A stretch of 64,000 bases of DNA from Candidatus Kaiserbacteria bacterium (GCA_963699165.1 OY969413.1:532562-596561); one strand, 5' to 3'; positions 26,899 to 37,134 are shown, counted from the stretch's first letter. Notes: generated from the sequence alone by a model not told the origin. Numbers and translations are program-made.

Positions 26899-28460
26899 TT
26901 GGCTTTAAGTCCGATGTTGATGACTTTTTCCCCGAGCGTCACGCCGGAGAGGACTTCAACGTTGCCGTTTTGGTCTTGAATGCCGAGCGTTACCGGCGTC
27001 GTCGTAGTCGTTTTGCCGAACGGCGTTTCGACAAAGGTGCCGCTGTTATTTTGCAATATCGCGTATTGCGGGAGAATGAGCGCGTTGTCGTGCTTTTTTG
27101 TTTGGATGTCCATGTTTACCGTAAGACCGCTTTTGAGCCGCGGATCCGCTTTCGTAAATCCGGCTTTGATCTGATAGCTGATGACGCCCTGCACATTCGT
27201 TTCGGCAGGCGCAATGTAGAAGACCGTGCCCGTAAACGTCTCGCCCGGAAATGCGTCAATGGTCATCGACACGCTGTCGCCGACGGCTATTTTTCCGACG
27301 TCGGTGTCCGCCACGCCCGTGTCTACCTCAAAGCCGCTGTCGCCGATAATTGAAATGAGCGGCGTACCCGGAACTGCCTGCTGGCCGACTTTCGCATCCA
27401 TTTGCGTAATTACACCGCTTATCGGTGCAACGATTTGCGTATTTTGCAGATTGGCTTCGGCGCTCGCCACGCCCGCCAGTGCCTGTTCGACTTGCGCCTG
27501 CTGCGCGGCGATTGCCTGCGGGGTGGCGCCCGCTTGTTTGAGTGCAAGCTGTGCCTGCGCCTGTGCCACCAACTGCTGTTGCGACGCTATGTTTTGAGAA
27601 ATGGTATCGAGGTTTTTCTCTGCGGTATTTACTTCGCTCACTGCGACGGAGAGATTGCCTTTATAGGAAGCCAGCGTCGCGGCGCTTAAGCCGGTCGAAT
27701 TGCTGAGCGTCGTCGAAACGCTGTTGAGGAGCTGTTGCACGGATGCAAGGTACGCAATTTCATTTTGCGAAAGCGTTTGCAGCGCATCGCTCGACTGGCT
27801 GCCCGCCGTCAACTGGGTCTGCCAGGTATTGAGCGCCGCCGTAACCGATACTCGCTCGGTCTGCGCATCGTTTTGCGCCTGAAAATTCGCGGTGTTATAC
27901 GTAAGGGTCGGACTCGGCGTGTCGCCGTTCGTAAAGAATTGATTGAGCTCGGTCCGGACCGCGTCGTTTGCTTTCGCGTACGCGTCGACGGAGGCGTCGT
28001 TGATGCTCGCATACATGTTTGCAAGATCTTGGTTCGCCTTATCGACGGCCGCTTGCGATGCCGCAATGTCCGCCGGTTGCGCGCCTGCCTTCAAATTTGC
28101 AAGCTGCGCCTGCTGGGCGTCGACGTTTGCCTGGGCCTGCTGCAGCGCGGCGGACAAACTTGCCGTGTTCAATTCCGCAATGACCGAACCGGCGGTGACG
28201 CGGTCGCCGAGATTGTAATAGGCATGCGCGATCGTGCCGGAATTCTGAAATGCGAGCGAAACACTCTTCGTTGGCGCCGTGTTTCCGGTTGCTGAAACCG
28301 TTTCCGAAATCGAACCCTGCGTGACGGTTATGAACTGATAGGACGGTCCGCGGCTGCTTGCGTACCACCAATACCCTCCCCCGATGAGAAGCAGCGCGAT
28401 GATTGCGAGCGTCCATTTTGATTTGAAAAATCCCAAAATTTTATTTGAAGTTGCGGGCAT
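26895..28460 (-). CDS. HlyD-family periplasmic adaptor with a long coiled coil (paralog 1)
   Basis: N-terminal TM, a Q/A-rich coiled coil, and C-terminal beta-barrel/lipoyl segments. Overlaps the ATPase gene start. Confidence 0.85.
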   Translation of the reverse strand: MPATSNKILGFFKSKWTLAIIALLLIGGGYWWYASSRGPSYQFITVTQGSISETVSATGNTAPTKSVSLAFQNSGTIAHAYYNLGDRVTAGSVIAELNTASLSAALQQAQANVDAQQAQLANLKAGAQPADIAASQAAVDKANQDLANMYASINDASVDAYAKANDAVRTELNQFFTNGDTPSPTLTYNTANFQAQNDAQTERVSVTAALNTWQTQLTAGSQSSDALQTLSQNEIAYLASVQQLLNSVSTTLSNSTGLSAATLASYKGNLSVAVSEVNTAEKNLDTISQNIASQQQLVAQAQAQLALKQAGATPQAIAAQQAQVEQALAGVASAEANLQNTQIVAPISGVITQMDAKVGQQAVPGTPLISIIGDSGFEVDTGVADTDVGKIAVGDSVSMTIDAFPGETFTGTVFYIAPAETNVQGVISYQIKAGFTKADPRLKSGLTVNMDIQTKKHDNALILPQYAILQNNSGTFVETPFGKTTTTTPVTLGIQDQNGNVEVLSGVTLGEKVINIGLKAK

Positions 28461-28616
28461 GGCGGCATTCGTTTAATAGATGGTTGATATTGACAGTATA
28501 GCGCGAATCGGTTCATTTCGACAGCGTTGCCGCGGCTGCGGCAGTCCCTGCAAAAGAGAGAGACAATCCCCTCGCGAGGATTGCCCCTTCAAATCTTCCC
28601 GATCCGAGAAATGCGG

Positions 28617-28967
28617 CTAGTGCTTGATGCTCGTCGCTGTGTCGGCGCCGAATTGCGTCATGAACACGTTGAGTTCGTCTTTGGAAACCGAAAGAACAGG
28701 GGCGCCTTCCTTCGTGATGAGCACCGAGCCGCCGATCGTCGCGGCAACGATGCTGTGCACGCTTATTCCCGAAGTCGTCGTGCCGGAATAGTTGGTCCAA
28801 TTCGATACATCGTTCGGGTCGACGAACGCCGGCGTGCCGTCCACGATAATCGGCACCAACCGCTTGGACTTCTGATGAGAACCGCGCGACCTCTGAACGC
28901 CGTTTGACCCGCTAATTGTTCTTCCAAACCGATTTGCCATACTAAACTCCTCACTGTGTACGTTCAC
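28617..28967 (-). CDS. small hypothetical protein heading the HlyD-MacB operon (about 107 aa from MANRF)
   Basis: ORF immediately upstream of the adaptor on the same strand. Basic N-terminus with no TM. The C-terminal part is weakly similar to the beta-rich module of the 44747 and 47152 proteins. Confidence 0.4.
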   Translation of the reverse strand: MNVHSEEFSMANRFGRTISGSNGVQRSRGSHQKSKRLVPIIVDGTPAFVDPNDVSNWTNYSGTTTSGISVHSIVAATIGGSVLITKEGAPVLSVSKDELNVFMTQFGADTATSIKH

Positions 28968-29109
28968 AACTTTTCAGTGACGAACGCGGCCAAAATCGAC
29001 CGAACGCGAACTATACACAAAACCCCATGTGGATTGAGTGAGTGAATGAAATAAAAATCGCCAGTCGATTGGCCCCGCGTTCGCTTCGCCGCAGCGGATA
29101 TCAAAACCG

Positions 29110-30753
29110 TTATGCGGCCTCTGCGCGCGGCACGGAGGATTTTTGCCAGTATGCGAGCCGCCACGCGAAACTCAGCGGCGGGAAAAATTCAGACAGTTTT
29201 TTCGATAAGCCGTGTTCGTCCATCCATAGAGCATAAGCAACGTAGTCGGGATCGGCGGAGAGCAGCTCTTCTTCGGCGAGCGAACGCATGCAATAGATGC
29301 CGCATATGCATGCAAAAAGAATCGCTAGCCGCACGTCGTCAAACAAATTGACGCCCGAAACAAACGGCAGCCATATGAGCAGCCACACCATGCATTTGGA
29401 CGCGTAAATCGGATGCTTGCAAATGCGGAACGGACCCGTGGTTATAATGCCGCGATTGCTTAGGTTCGACGAGCGCAAGCCGAATTGCGCTTCGCCCCAC
29501 AGATGCACAAACGAAAAGAGAAGAATTGCACCGCCGACCGCCGCAAGCGCGAACGGTACGTTTTGCAGATGCGTAACCCATGGCTGCATCCATACCGGAT
29601 TCGGCACAGTCGGATTGTAGTCAAACCAGCTCACGAAAAATGCCGCCTCAAATGGCTGATAGCACGCAAGCGTAACCATCCAGCCGAACCAAGAATGGCT
29701 GACCGCTTTCGTCTCGGTGCGGATAAGGCGCGAACCGAAAAGATATCCCGGCGTGACCGCGGCGATAATGAGCGCATACACCATGACGAGCAGGTAGTAT
29801 TCGCCGGCGGCAAACGAATTCTGCAACAGAGAAAGTTCATTGCCGCGGAACATGCCGATGCTCCACACCAATTCGCAGAAATTTATCGGCAAGAAAAATC
29901 CGCGTATGAGCCACATGATGATGTCGTCGCGCACCGCATGCCAATCGACTTCGCGCGTGCGCCCGAGCACCACGAGTCCGAGCTGGTATCCCCCGCGCAT
30001 CGACGGACCGTATATGCAATCGGCGGCGAGAATGAAAAAGGCACTGACTGCGGGAGCGGCAATGAGAATGAGCGGCAACATCTGAAAGAACGGGGCGTAG
30101 TATGCGTTCTGATATTCCGCAAGCGTGCCCCATGCGGCGAGTATGACGGCTAGTCCCGCAAGCGTGCCGAGCCACGTGATTGCCGAATGCGGAAGGCACT
30201 GTCGGATTGAATATTTGAATGTGTGTTTCGGCCCGCGGAGCCACTCGATTGCCATCATGACAACGATGATTGTCGCAACGATAAGGATGGAAAGGGCTTC
30301 GTTTGATATCGAAGTGCCGGAAAAAACGCAATACACGGCTATCGCCGCGAAACACAAAACGAACGGGTCCGTCCATTTCGAAATTGATTCGGGCAATCGC
30401 TGCGGCTGGGACATGTCGGTTAAATCGTACCACGCTTCACGTATATTGTTTCTCGGGACGGCTTTTGCTAGTGTTAGCGGTACAGTCGATGTTGGCGTTA
30501 CTTGCGCGCTTTCATTCGGCTCGCTCGAAGGACAAAGCAAGAGGTTGCAGTGAACACGTGATCGGATTGCTCGCCGGTGTAGTTCAAGAGTCAGAACGAG
30601 GGACTCATAAACCCTAGACGGTGGCGCGACTCCACCCACCGGCACACGACATTTTTCGAAGATTTTGGTAGGATGGCGAAATGAGGTTTCGGACGCTTGG
30701 GGAGTAAGCAAAGCTTGCTCCCTTGGCGTTCGGCGAAACAGTGCCTGCGGCAC
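29110..30753 (-). CDS. polytopic membrane protein with a C-terminal isoprenylcysteine-carboxyl/phospholipid methyltransferase (ICMT/PEMT) domain
   Basis: GIITTGPFRICKHPIYASKCMVWL matches the ICMT motif. Many TM helices. Probable start at MSQPQ (about 30414). Confidence 0.65.
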   Translation of the reverse strand: MPQALFRRTPREQALLTPQASETSFRHPTKIFEKCRVPVGGVAPPSRVYESLVLTLELHRRAIRSRVHCNLLLCPSSEPNESAQVTPTSTVPLTLAKAVPRNNIREAWYDLTDMSQPQRLPESISKWTDPFVLCFAAIAVYCVFSGTSISNEALSILIVATIIVVMMAIEWLRGPKHTFKYSIRQCLPHSAITWLGTLAGLAVILAAWGTLAEYQNAYYAPFFQMLPLILIAAPAVSAFFILAADCIYGPSMRGGYQLGLVVLGRTREVDWHAVRDDIIMWLIRGFFLPINFCELVWSIGMFRGNELSLLQNSFAAGEYYLLVMVYALIIAAVTPGYLFGSRLIRTETKAVSHSWFGWMVTLACYQPFEAAFFVSWFDYNPTVPNPVWMQPWVTHLQNVPFALAAVGGAILLFSFVHLWGEAQFGLRSSNLSNRGIITTGPFRICKHPIYASKCMVWLLIWLPFVSGVNLFDDVRLAILFACICGIYCMRSLAEEELLSADPDYVAYALWMDEHGLSKKLSEFFPPLSFAWRLAYWQKSSVPRAEAA

Positions 30754-30838
30754 CGGTCTGCTTGAAGCGATAGAATGCGCACAGGTGCGATTCTCCCGCT
30801 TCTCGCATCCCGCGCTTCGCGTCTGTTTGCCTCACTTT

Positions 30839-30912
30839 GCGGGAGTAGCTCAACTGGTTAGAGCGCCGCCCTGTCACGGCGGAGGTTGCGGGTTCAAGTC
30901 CCGTCTCTCGCG
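30839..30912 (+). tRNA. tRNA-Asp (anticodon GUC)
   Basis: GCGGGAG acceptor stem, D-arm GCTC-AACTGGTTA-GAGC, anticodon loop CTGTCAC, T-arm GCGGG-TTCAAGT-CCCGT. No encoded CCA. Confidence 0.85.
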
Positions 30913-31440
30913 CAGAATAGGACGAAAGGTGGCGAAAGCCGCCTTTTGTCTTTGTAGACCCTCACTATTTTCCAGTTCTAACCGATGATATTCGCTTTCT
31001 ATAGCAGGATAGTCATTTTGGATAGGAACGAACCATTCGTTCGGTACAATAACGAGTTTTCCGTCTTTGAGCGTATAGTTCTGACCGAGTGCAGATAGTA
31101 TCTCTCTTTGTGTCTCAAGTATGCCTTTGCGAAACTCGTTCATGGCATAGCACGCGAAGATAAAGGTCTTCTCTGTAAGTTCAATCCAGTGCTCGGCTCT
31201 TTTCTCGGTTTCCCTCATTCCTTGGGAGATTTTGGCAATCTGGCTCTGTAGGTCCTTCCGTTCCTTCAAGAACTCCTCGTCGCTGATAAGCTCTCGATAG
31301 CGCATCTTGGTGAGTGTATCGAGCTGTCTCTGGGTGTTTGCGAGGGTAGCGTGCTGGGTCTCGTAGATACGGGTACGCTCTTCAATCTCCTTATCGTGGG
31401 GCTTTTGTGTTTTGCGCGAGAGTTTGAAGCGAAGCTTCAA
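30874..31440 (-). pseudogene. large serine recombinase, C-terminal fragment only (coiled-coil / DUF4368-like region); N-terminal catalytic domain absent
   Basis: RYRELISDEEFLKERKDLQSQIAKI...WIELTEKTFIFACYAMNEF...KDGKLVI matches the post-zinc-ribbon C-terminus of large serine recombinases. The ORF runs antisense into tRNA-Asp. Confidence 0.55.
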
Positions 31441-31565
31441 AAGGGACTTGAAAGCCGGAGGGCGACGGCCCGAGGAGGGTCGCGCAAAATCTCAGAAGAG
31501 ATTTATGCCTGACCAAGTCCCGTCTTTTGTTCGCGACGTGGCCGGCGCGCGGCCAAGCCCGAACA

Positions 31566-33176
31566 TCACGCCGGAAATTCAACCACGAACGTAGTGCCCT
31601 TCCCCGCACCTTCCGACTCGGCGCGAATACTGCCCCGATGCGCCTCGACGATGCTTTTCGCGGCGAAGAGACCGTATCCGGTCGAATGCACGTTTACCCG
31701 CTGCGAATCTTTCCCGTGGCCTCCTTCGGTGAAAAGCCGCTTCTTGTCTTCCTCCGTTATTCCTATACCGGTATCGGCCTCGGTGAAAATTATTTTGCCG
31801 TTTTCCTTTTTTAGCGAAACGGTTATGGAACCCGACGGCGTGTAATTCACCGCATTTTCAAGCAGATTCCGAAGCACGTGGTCACGGATTTCCTCCTTGT
31901 CGCCGATGCAGGTATAGGGCACTCCCGATTCATCTGCAGAGAACGTGAGCGCCAGTCCTTTTTGTTCCGCGGCGGACCGCGCATTCTCAACTGCTTCTTC
32001 TACAAGCGTTTTGAAATCAAAACTCTCCATCGTGTAGGACACTACGCCCTTTTTCAAATTCGATGCTTTCAAAATGCTCGCAACCGCGTCGGCGCCTTGC
32101 CTCGATTCGGCAAGCGCATGCTCGACAATCGGTTTAAGCGCATCGGGCAATGCGCCGAAATCACCGTCGGAAAGCGCCGCAAGCGCATCGGTGTCCTTCG
32201 TAAGAAATCCTTTCACTTCATGCCCGATGAAATGAATGAGCGCCTCCTGCCGTTCGTTGGTGTTTTGCAATTCTTCGGTGATTTTTGCCAGATTAAGTGT
32301 GTCTTGCACGATTTTGATGCTCCCGATTAACACTATAAGAAACGCGGTGATATTTATCACTATCTCGCTCGTTTGCGTCGAATACAAAATATTCACGACT
32401 GAAAATATCGTCACCATAAAACCGAGAAAAGCCGTTCCCGCAACCTTCAGATTAAAAAGATTATGGCGATAAATTGCGTATGAAATGAGCGCGGTAAACG
32501 GCAGCAAAAAGAGAGCCGCGAGCGGTATGAAACTGAGTTGATTGAGAAAGATGGGAAGGAACACATTAAAGAGCAAAATGAGCGCCGCGGTAAGCGCCAT
32601 ACCGACGGCAAAAAAGTATTCTTGATTTCGTTCTTCTACTTTCTTGTTTCGCCACGCTTTTATAAGAATCGTTACTACGCCGGCAATAAGAAGACCGAAC
32701 GCGACGACGGAGAACAGTGCGATGCCGGGACCTCGTTCGGGGTTCGTTACATAACCCTGAGGAGCGAGCGCAGCTATTCCGGAAACAATGAGCGGGGTGA
32801 GAGATAAAATCGCCGTGATTCCCACGACAGGAACGAGAAAAAATTTGTACCAACGAGGGAAGCGTGCCTTCCCCCGCGGGAAAACGTACGCCAGCTGGAA
32901 AAACACAAATGCGTGCAGTGTTGAAAGAAAGACGTGAATCCGAAACGCCCATAGCGTCGCTTCTATTGTTGTAAAGTGATATTCAAGATAATTCGATATG
33001 CCCCATATGGCGGTAAGAATGGAGAACAAAAGGAACGTCCGATTCGTAATGCTTCCCGTATTGTTAAAGAAAATGACGGTTCCGAGGAACAGCATGCTGG
33101 CAATCGCGATGCCGACGGAAAGCAAGTCAAAATTGGTTTGCACGAGTGCGGTGATATCCATGGAATAGGGGGACAA
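31566..33176 (-). CDS. sensor histidine kinase with a polytopic (7TM-like) N-terminal sensor
   Basis: HisKA H-box (HEVKGFL) and HATPase_c N/G boxes (NLLENAVNYT, DTGIGI, GYGLFAAKSIV). No adjacent response regulator. Confidence 0.85.
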   Translation of the reverse strand: MSPYSMDITALVQTNFDLLSVGIAIASMLFLGTVIFFNNTGSITNRTFLLFSILTAIWGISNYLEYHFTTIEATLWAFRIHVFLSTLHAFVFFQLAYVFPRGKARFPRWYKFFLVPVVGITAILSLTPLIVSGIAALAPQGYVTNPERGPGIALFSVVAFGLLIAGVVTILIKAWRNKKVEERNQEYFFAVGMALTAALILLFNVFLPIFLNQLSFIPLAALFLLPFTALISYAIYRHNLFNLKVAGTAFLGFMVTIFSVVNILYSTQTSEIVINITAFLIVLIGSIKIVQDTLNLAKITEELQNTNERQEALIHFIGHEVKGFLTKDTDALAALSDGDFGALPDALKPIVEHALAESRQGADAVASILKASNLKKGVVSYTMESFDFKTLVEEAVENARSAAEQKGLALTFSADESGVPYTCIGDKEEIRDHVLRNLLENAVNYTPSGSITVSLKKENGKIIFTEADTGIGITEEDKKRLFTEGGHGKDSQRVNVHSTGYGLFAAKSIVEAHRGSIRAESEGAGKGTTFVVEFPA

Positions 33177-33304
33177 CGGATGAATAGTACGAATCTCTCA
33201 ACGGTCGGAAGCCGGAGAGTCGGGACTGAAGATGCTTCTCCGCACCGGACGCAAATCAGCGACATTCCAGGGCCGTCTATTCCCGGTAAAGGCAATTCCT
33301 TCAA

Positions 33305-34480
33305 TCATAAGCCGAAACCCTTAGCGAAATCCTCGGAAACCTTCCGCCGGCGCGCTACGGCATCGACGGTGTCGTACTCGGGAACGAGTTTTTCATCGAG
33401 AGAAACGAGCGCGCGATCCATTTCAAGCGGTTGTCCGTTTAGAATCTTGCGCACGCAGTAGGCGACGGCCGCGCCGTTTACGAGCGCCGCGCCGCCGAGC
33501 TGCGGCCACGAGACGATGGTCTTCCCCATTTGCATGAGCGACTGCTGCATTCGTTCGGTCACGTTCTCCGGCCCGACGAGCTTTGTAATCAGTTTTCCGA
33601 TGCCGAACTTGTCCAGATTCTTTAGCGAATCATACGAGACCTCGCCCATACGCCCGTGAAAAAATGCCGTCTGCGAATCAATGTCATACCGCTCGATATC
33701 AACAACGGCATTGTCGCCGTTGTCCGCCGCCATAACAACCGCAATACGATGCTTCTTCGCCTGTTCGCGGATAAGATATTTGACCGCGAGATTGTCGATT
33801 TCATCGATGACGATGTCGAGTCCTTGAAAGAACTGTTCGAGGTTTTCCGAGGTTAGACCGTCCGAATACAGTTCGAGTTCGGCATACGGATTAATCTCGT
33901 AAATGGTTCGCGCCGCCATCTCGACCTTCAGCATGCCGAGCCGGTCGGCGCCCGCGAGAACCCGATTCGTGTTTGAAAGCGCTAGACGGTCCATATCGGC
34001 GAGCTTCATCCGCTTGCCGCCGCCGCCGAGCGCGATTGCCAGGGCGACCGAAGAGCCGACCGAGAGTCCGCCGATGCCTATCGTCGCATCGTAAAATTTC
34101 TTCTGCTCCTCTTTTGTTATTAAATTTTGATTGCGCGCCGTGCGGACCAAAAAATATTCGTCCTCGCGCAAAATGTGCGCGGCAAGATATCGCCACGGGA
34201 AATACGCCCATCGCCCGTGATGCGAATGAGGGCTATCTGCCGCAAGTGCGCGATAGTATTCCTGGAATGCGTCTTCGAAGCCCGGGGCATATACGCGCAC
34301 CGGATTTCTTACGCCGAAAAGCTCGCGCTGTTGCTCTTCATAATCATCGGAAATCCGCTTAATCGCTCCTTCGGCCACAAGCGTCTCAAAACGAGTCCGG
34401 TCTTTCAAATCGGAGAAGTCGAAGATGAGCGGTTTCAGCCCCGTTTCTTCATGGCGAAGCGCCTGAAAAGTTTCTTCCAT
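33305..34480 (-). CDS. ThiF/MoeB/HesA-family E1-like adenylyltransferase with an unrecognized ~120-aa N-terminal domain
   Basis: Nucleotide-binding loop IGIGGLSVGS, DIVIDEIDN, and the ThiF fold. The N-terminal domain has no recognizable motif. Confidence 0.7.
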   Translation of the reverse strand: MEETFQALRHEETGLKPLIFDFSDLKDRTRFETLVAEGAIKRISDDYEEQQRELFGVRNPVRVYAPGFEDAFQEYYRALAADSPHSHHGRWAYFPWRYLAAHILREDEYFLVRTARNQNLITKEEQKKFYDATIGIGGLSVGSSVALAIALGGGGKRMKLADMDRLALSNTNRVLAGADRLGMLKVEMAARTIYEINPYAELELYSDGLTSENLEQFFQGLDIVIDEIDNLAVKYLIREQAKKHRIAVVMAADNGDNAVVDIERYDIDSQTAFFHGRMGEVSYDSLKNLDKFGIGKLITKLVGPENVTERMQQSLMQMGKTIVSWPQLGGAALVNGAAVAYCVRKILNGQPLEMDRALVSLDEKLVPEYDTVDAVARRRKVSEDFAKGFGL

Positions 34481-34502
34481 ATAGTCATGCTAGCACGTCC
34501 GG

Positions 34503-36074
34503 CTACGGCCGTATGACCCATTTTTGCTTAATGCCGGGAGGAAAATATTTCGGATGCTCGTGCGGCCAAAACACGATGCGCGGAGTTATTTTTTCGCGAA
34601 TAGAACCCGATAGATACCGATACTCATCGCTTGAGGCCGATAAACTTTTCATGACGCTTTCGATAAGCGCCGACCGCATCGTCTCGCCATCCGTAGCGCC
34701 ATGCTGAAGTTCAACGTTCAATTCGAGGAACTCGTTGTGCTGCGCATCGTGTTCGGTCGCCATGGTAAAGCGTCCCGTAATGTGCTGTTCGAGCAACGGG
34801 TTTTGAAGGCCAATCTTCACGTGCTCGGGATAAATAATGGCACCGTAGAGCTTCGTCGAAAGATCGGAGCGCTCATAGAGATACACGAACGGAAGGTCCA
34901 TTATCGTGTCGGCAATGCCTGCGCGTTTTGCTTCGGCGGCAAGATTGATGCCGACCTTTTCACAACTGTCCGCTGCGTCCGCATAGGTGAAGACGCCTCC
35001 TTGATCGCCGATGTCATACCGAATAAACGGGAGCGACGAGCCGCCGGTCGCGTAAATCTCGCCGTTCTTCCCAACCTCAAATGCCGTGAAGTCCGGTATG
35101 AATTGCGCGAGCGTCGGCAAACGATGCGCTTCGCTGAAAAGATTCCGATAGAGCGCCTCATGTCGAACTGCAAGGCGGCGAAGCAGTATCGAGACCGGCG
35201 TCTCGGTCGCCATCGTGCCGAGTTCAGCGCTGCCATACACATTCATCACGCTGCGATACGGATTTTTCATACCCGTCTTCTCCATAAGGTACTCGCGGAA
35301 ATGTTCCGAGAAGGCCTCGGCGGCGCAGACGATGCGCATATCCCAACGGTTCCATGCGACGCCGTGTTCCGGAGCATCATCGATGACGTCTTTCACAAAA
35401 GGCGGGTAGCCGCAGAGGATTATCTGCTCAAACGAGGGCGCAATGCGCGTCAGTGCTTCGAAAATCTCTTTCTTGCTTACGCCCGGAGTGATAATGGTCA
35501 GCGGCCATTCATTTTCCGAGATGCGGCGAAATGCCTCGTAGGTGAGCAGCCCGCCTATCCATACGCCCATGCCGAATCCGACAATAATCAGCGTCGGTTT
35601 CTTCGGATTGAGCCCGCTCCGTTCTATAAAGAGCCGATGGAACACCATCGACGCATCGTGAATTTCATCGGTGCGCGGAATATAGAACGGTTGTCCAGTC
35701 GAACCGGAAGTCGCGGTAAGAATAAGCGGTTCATGGGCAAGCGCCCCGGCCCGGCAGAGCTCGTCCCAGGGATGCATCCGCAGATAATTCGCTTTCGTGA
35801 TGGGCGGAATACGCTTGATGTCCCGCCTTGTCGTGATTGAAGAAGCATTGATGCCGAGATGTTCGAGAAACTGCCGATATGCGGGAACATTTTTATACGC
35901 GTCTTTAAATCGCTTGAGGATAGTCGCGTATGTCGCGCGCGACCAATCCGCACTCTCATTGGTGCGCAACTTCGCGATGAAGGATGGAGAAACGGCAAAA
36001 GAACGCGTTCGCACGTATATTTTCTTTTTTTGTGTTCGAGCCGATGCACGGTTAAGATGCATGATCTTTTTCAT
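34503..36074 (-). CDS. PaaK/CapK/F390-synthetase-like adenylate-forming enzyme
   Basis: TSGSTGQPF AMP-binding motif and the PaaK-like N-terminal arrangement. Confidence 0.7.
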   Translation of the reverse strand: MKKIMHLNRASARTQKKKIYVRTRSFAVSPSFIAKLRTNESADWSRATYATILKRFKDAYKNVPAYRQFLEHLGINASSITTRRDIKRIPPITKANYLRMHPWDELCRAGALAHEPLILTATSGSTGQPFYIPRTDEIHDASMVFHRLFIERSGLNPKKPTLIIVGFGMGVWIGGLLTYEAFRRISENEWPLTIITPGVSKKEIFEALTRIAPSFEQIILCGYPPFVKDVIDDAPEHGVAWNRWDMRIVCAAEAFSEHFREYLMEKTGMKNPYRSVMNVYGSAELGTMATETPVSILLRRLAVRHEALYRNLFSEAHRLPTLAQFIPDFTAFEVGKNGEIYATGGSSLPFIRYDIGDQGGVFTYADAADSCEKVGINLAAEAKRAGIADTIMDLPFVYLYERSDLSTKLYGAIIYPEHVKIGLQNPLLEQHITGRFTMATEHDAQHNEFLELNVELQHGATDGETMRSALIESVMKSLSASSDEYRYLSGSIREKITPRIVFWPHEHPKYFPPGIKQKWVIRP

Positions 36075-36094
36075 GATAGCAATATAACGAACGA

Positions 36095-37117
36095 TTAACG
36101 CGGGGATTTCCGAAAAATGTTCACAACAAACGCTTCGGATTCGGGAGCCGGAACGGCAATACGCACGGTATCTTTCAGAAGCTTTAGCGCATCGGGGAAA
36201 CGACTCATGGAGTCGCCGAGCGCGACACGAATATTTTCCTCAAGAAGCGCCTCGCGGACGCGCACAGCATTTGGAACACGCGCAAGGACAAAATTCGTCT
36301 TAGAAGGATATGCTACCACGCCGGGAATCGTCTGCAACGTTTGTATGAAATGTTCCCGGGCGGAAATAACGGCCTCTCGTCGCACCGCAACATCCTCGGC
36401 ACGCGCAAGAAGAGCAAGAGCGGCGGTGACGCTCGAGTGTGCGACCGGCCACGGCAGCATGCGCCGTTCAAGACACTTGATAATCTTTGGCGCGGCAATG
36501 ACATATCCGACACGCGCCCCGGCAAGCGCAAATGCTTTCGAGAATGTCCGAAGAACAATTAGGTTCGGGAGTTCCGCGCCGTACGGCAAAAGCGTAGTGC
36601 CGGAAGAAAATTCAAAATAGGCCTCATCGGATACAAGCACAATGTTGTGCTCGCGCGCCGCCGCAACCAGCGCCGAAATATCGCCGTTCGCAATCGGGCA
36701 GCCGAGCGGATTGTTTGGATGGCAAAGAAAAAGCATCTTTCCGGGATTTTCCGCCATTGCTTCAATCGTCGCTGCAAGTGGAAATATAAAATGATTATTC
36801 CGTTCTTCATATGCGAGCGGAAGCATCTCGATTTCCGCGCGTTCAAGAATCGACTCGTATCCGTAAAACGTCGGCACGGGAAGCATCGCTTTCCCGCCTG
36901 CTCCTATGTATGCACGCGCAATATGTTCTATTGCCGCATCCGAACCGGGAGTAATGAGTATGTGCTCCCGGGCAACGCCTGCGTACGCGGCAACCGCATC
37001 TCTCAGTTCGCTATAGTCAGGATAGGTTGAAAATTCCCGTGTGCCGAAACCGTTCGCCGCTTGTAGTAACTCGTCATCAAGCATCCAATAACTCTCGTTC
37101 CTATCAAGCGGCAGCAT
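36095..37117 (-). CDS. class I/II PLP-dependent aminotransferase (HisC/CobD-like)
   Basis: LVSDEAYFEF and FSKAFALAGARVGY (Schiff-base lysine region). Confidence 0.8.
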   Translation of the reverse strand: MLPLDRNESYWMLDDELLQAANGFGTREFSTYPDYSELRDAVAAYAGVAREHILITPGSDAAIEHIARAYIGAGGKAMLPVPTFYGYESILERAEIEMLPLAYEERNNHFIFPLAATIEAMAENPGKMLFLCHPNNPLGCPIANGDISALVAAAREHNIVLVSDEAYFEFSSGTTLLPYGAELPNLIVLRTFSKAFALAGARVGYVIAAPKIIKCLERRMLPWPVAHSSVTAALALLARAEDVAVRREAVISAREHFIQTLQTIPGVVAYPSKTNFVLARVPNAVRVREALLEENIRVALGDSMSRFPDALKLLKDTVRIAVPAPESEAFVVNIFRKSPR

Positions 37118-37134
37118 GATATGCGGGGATGCGG

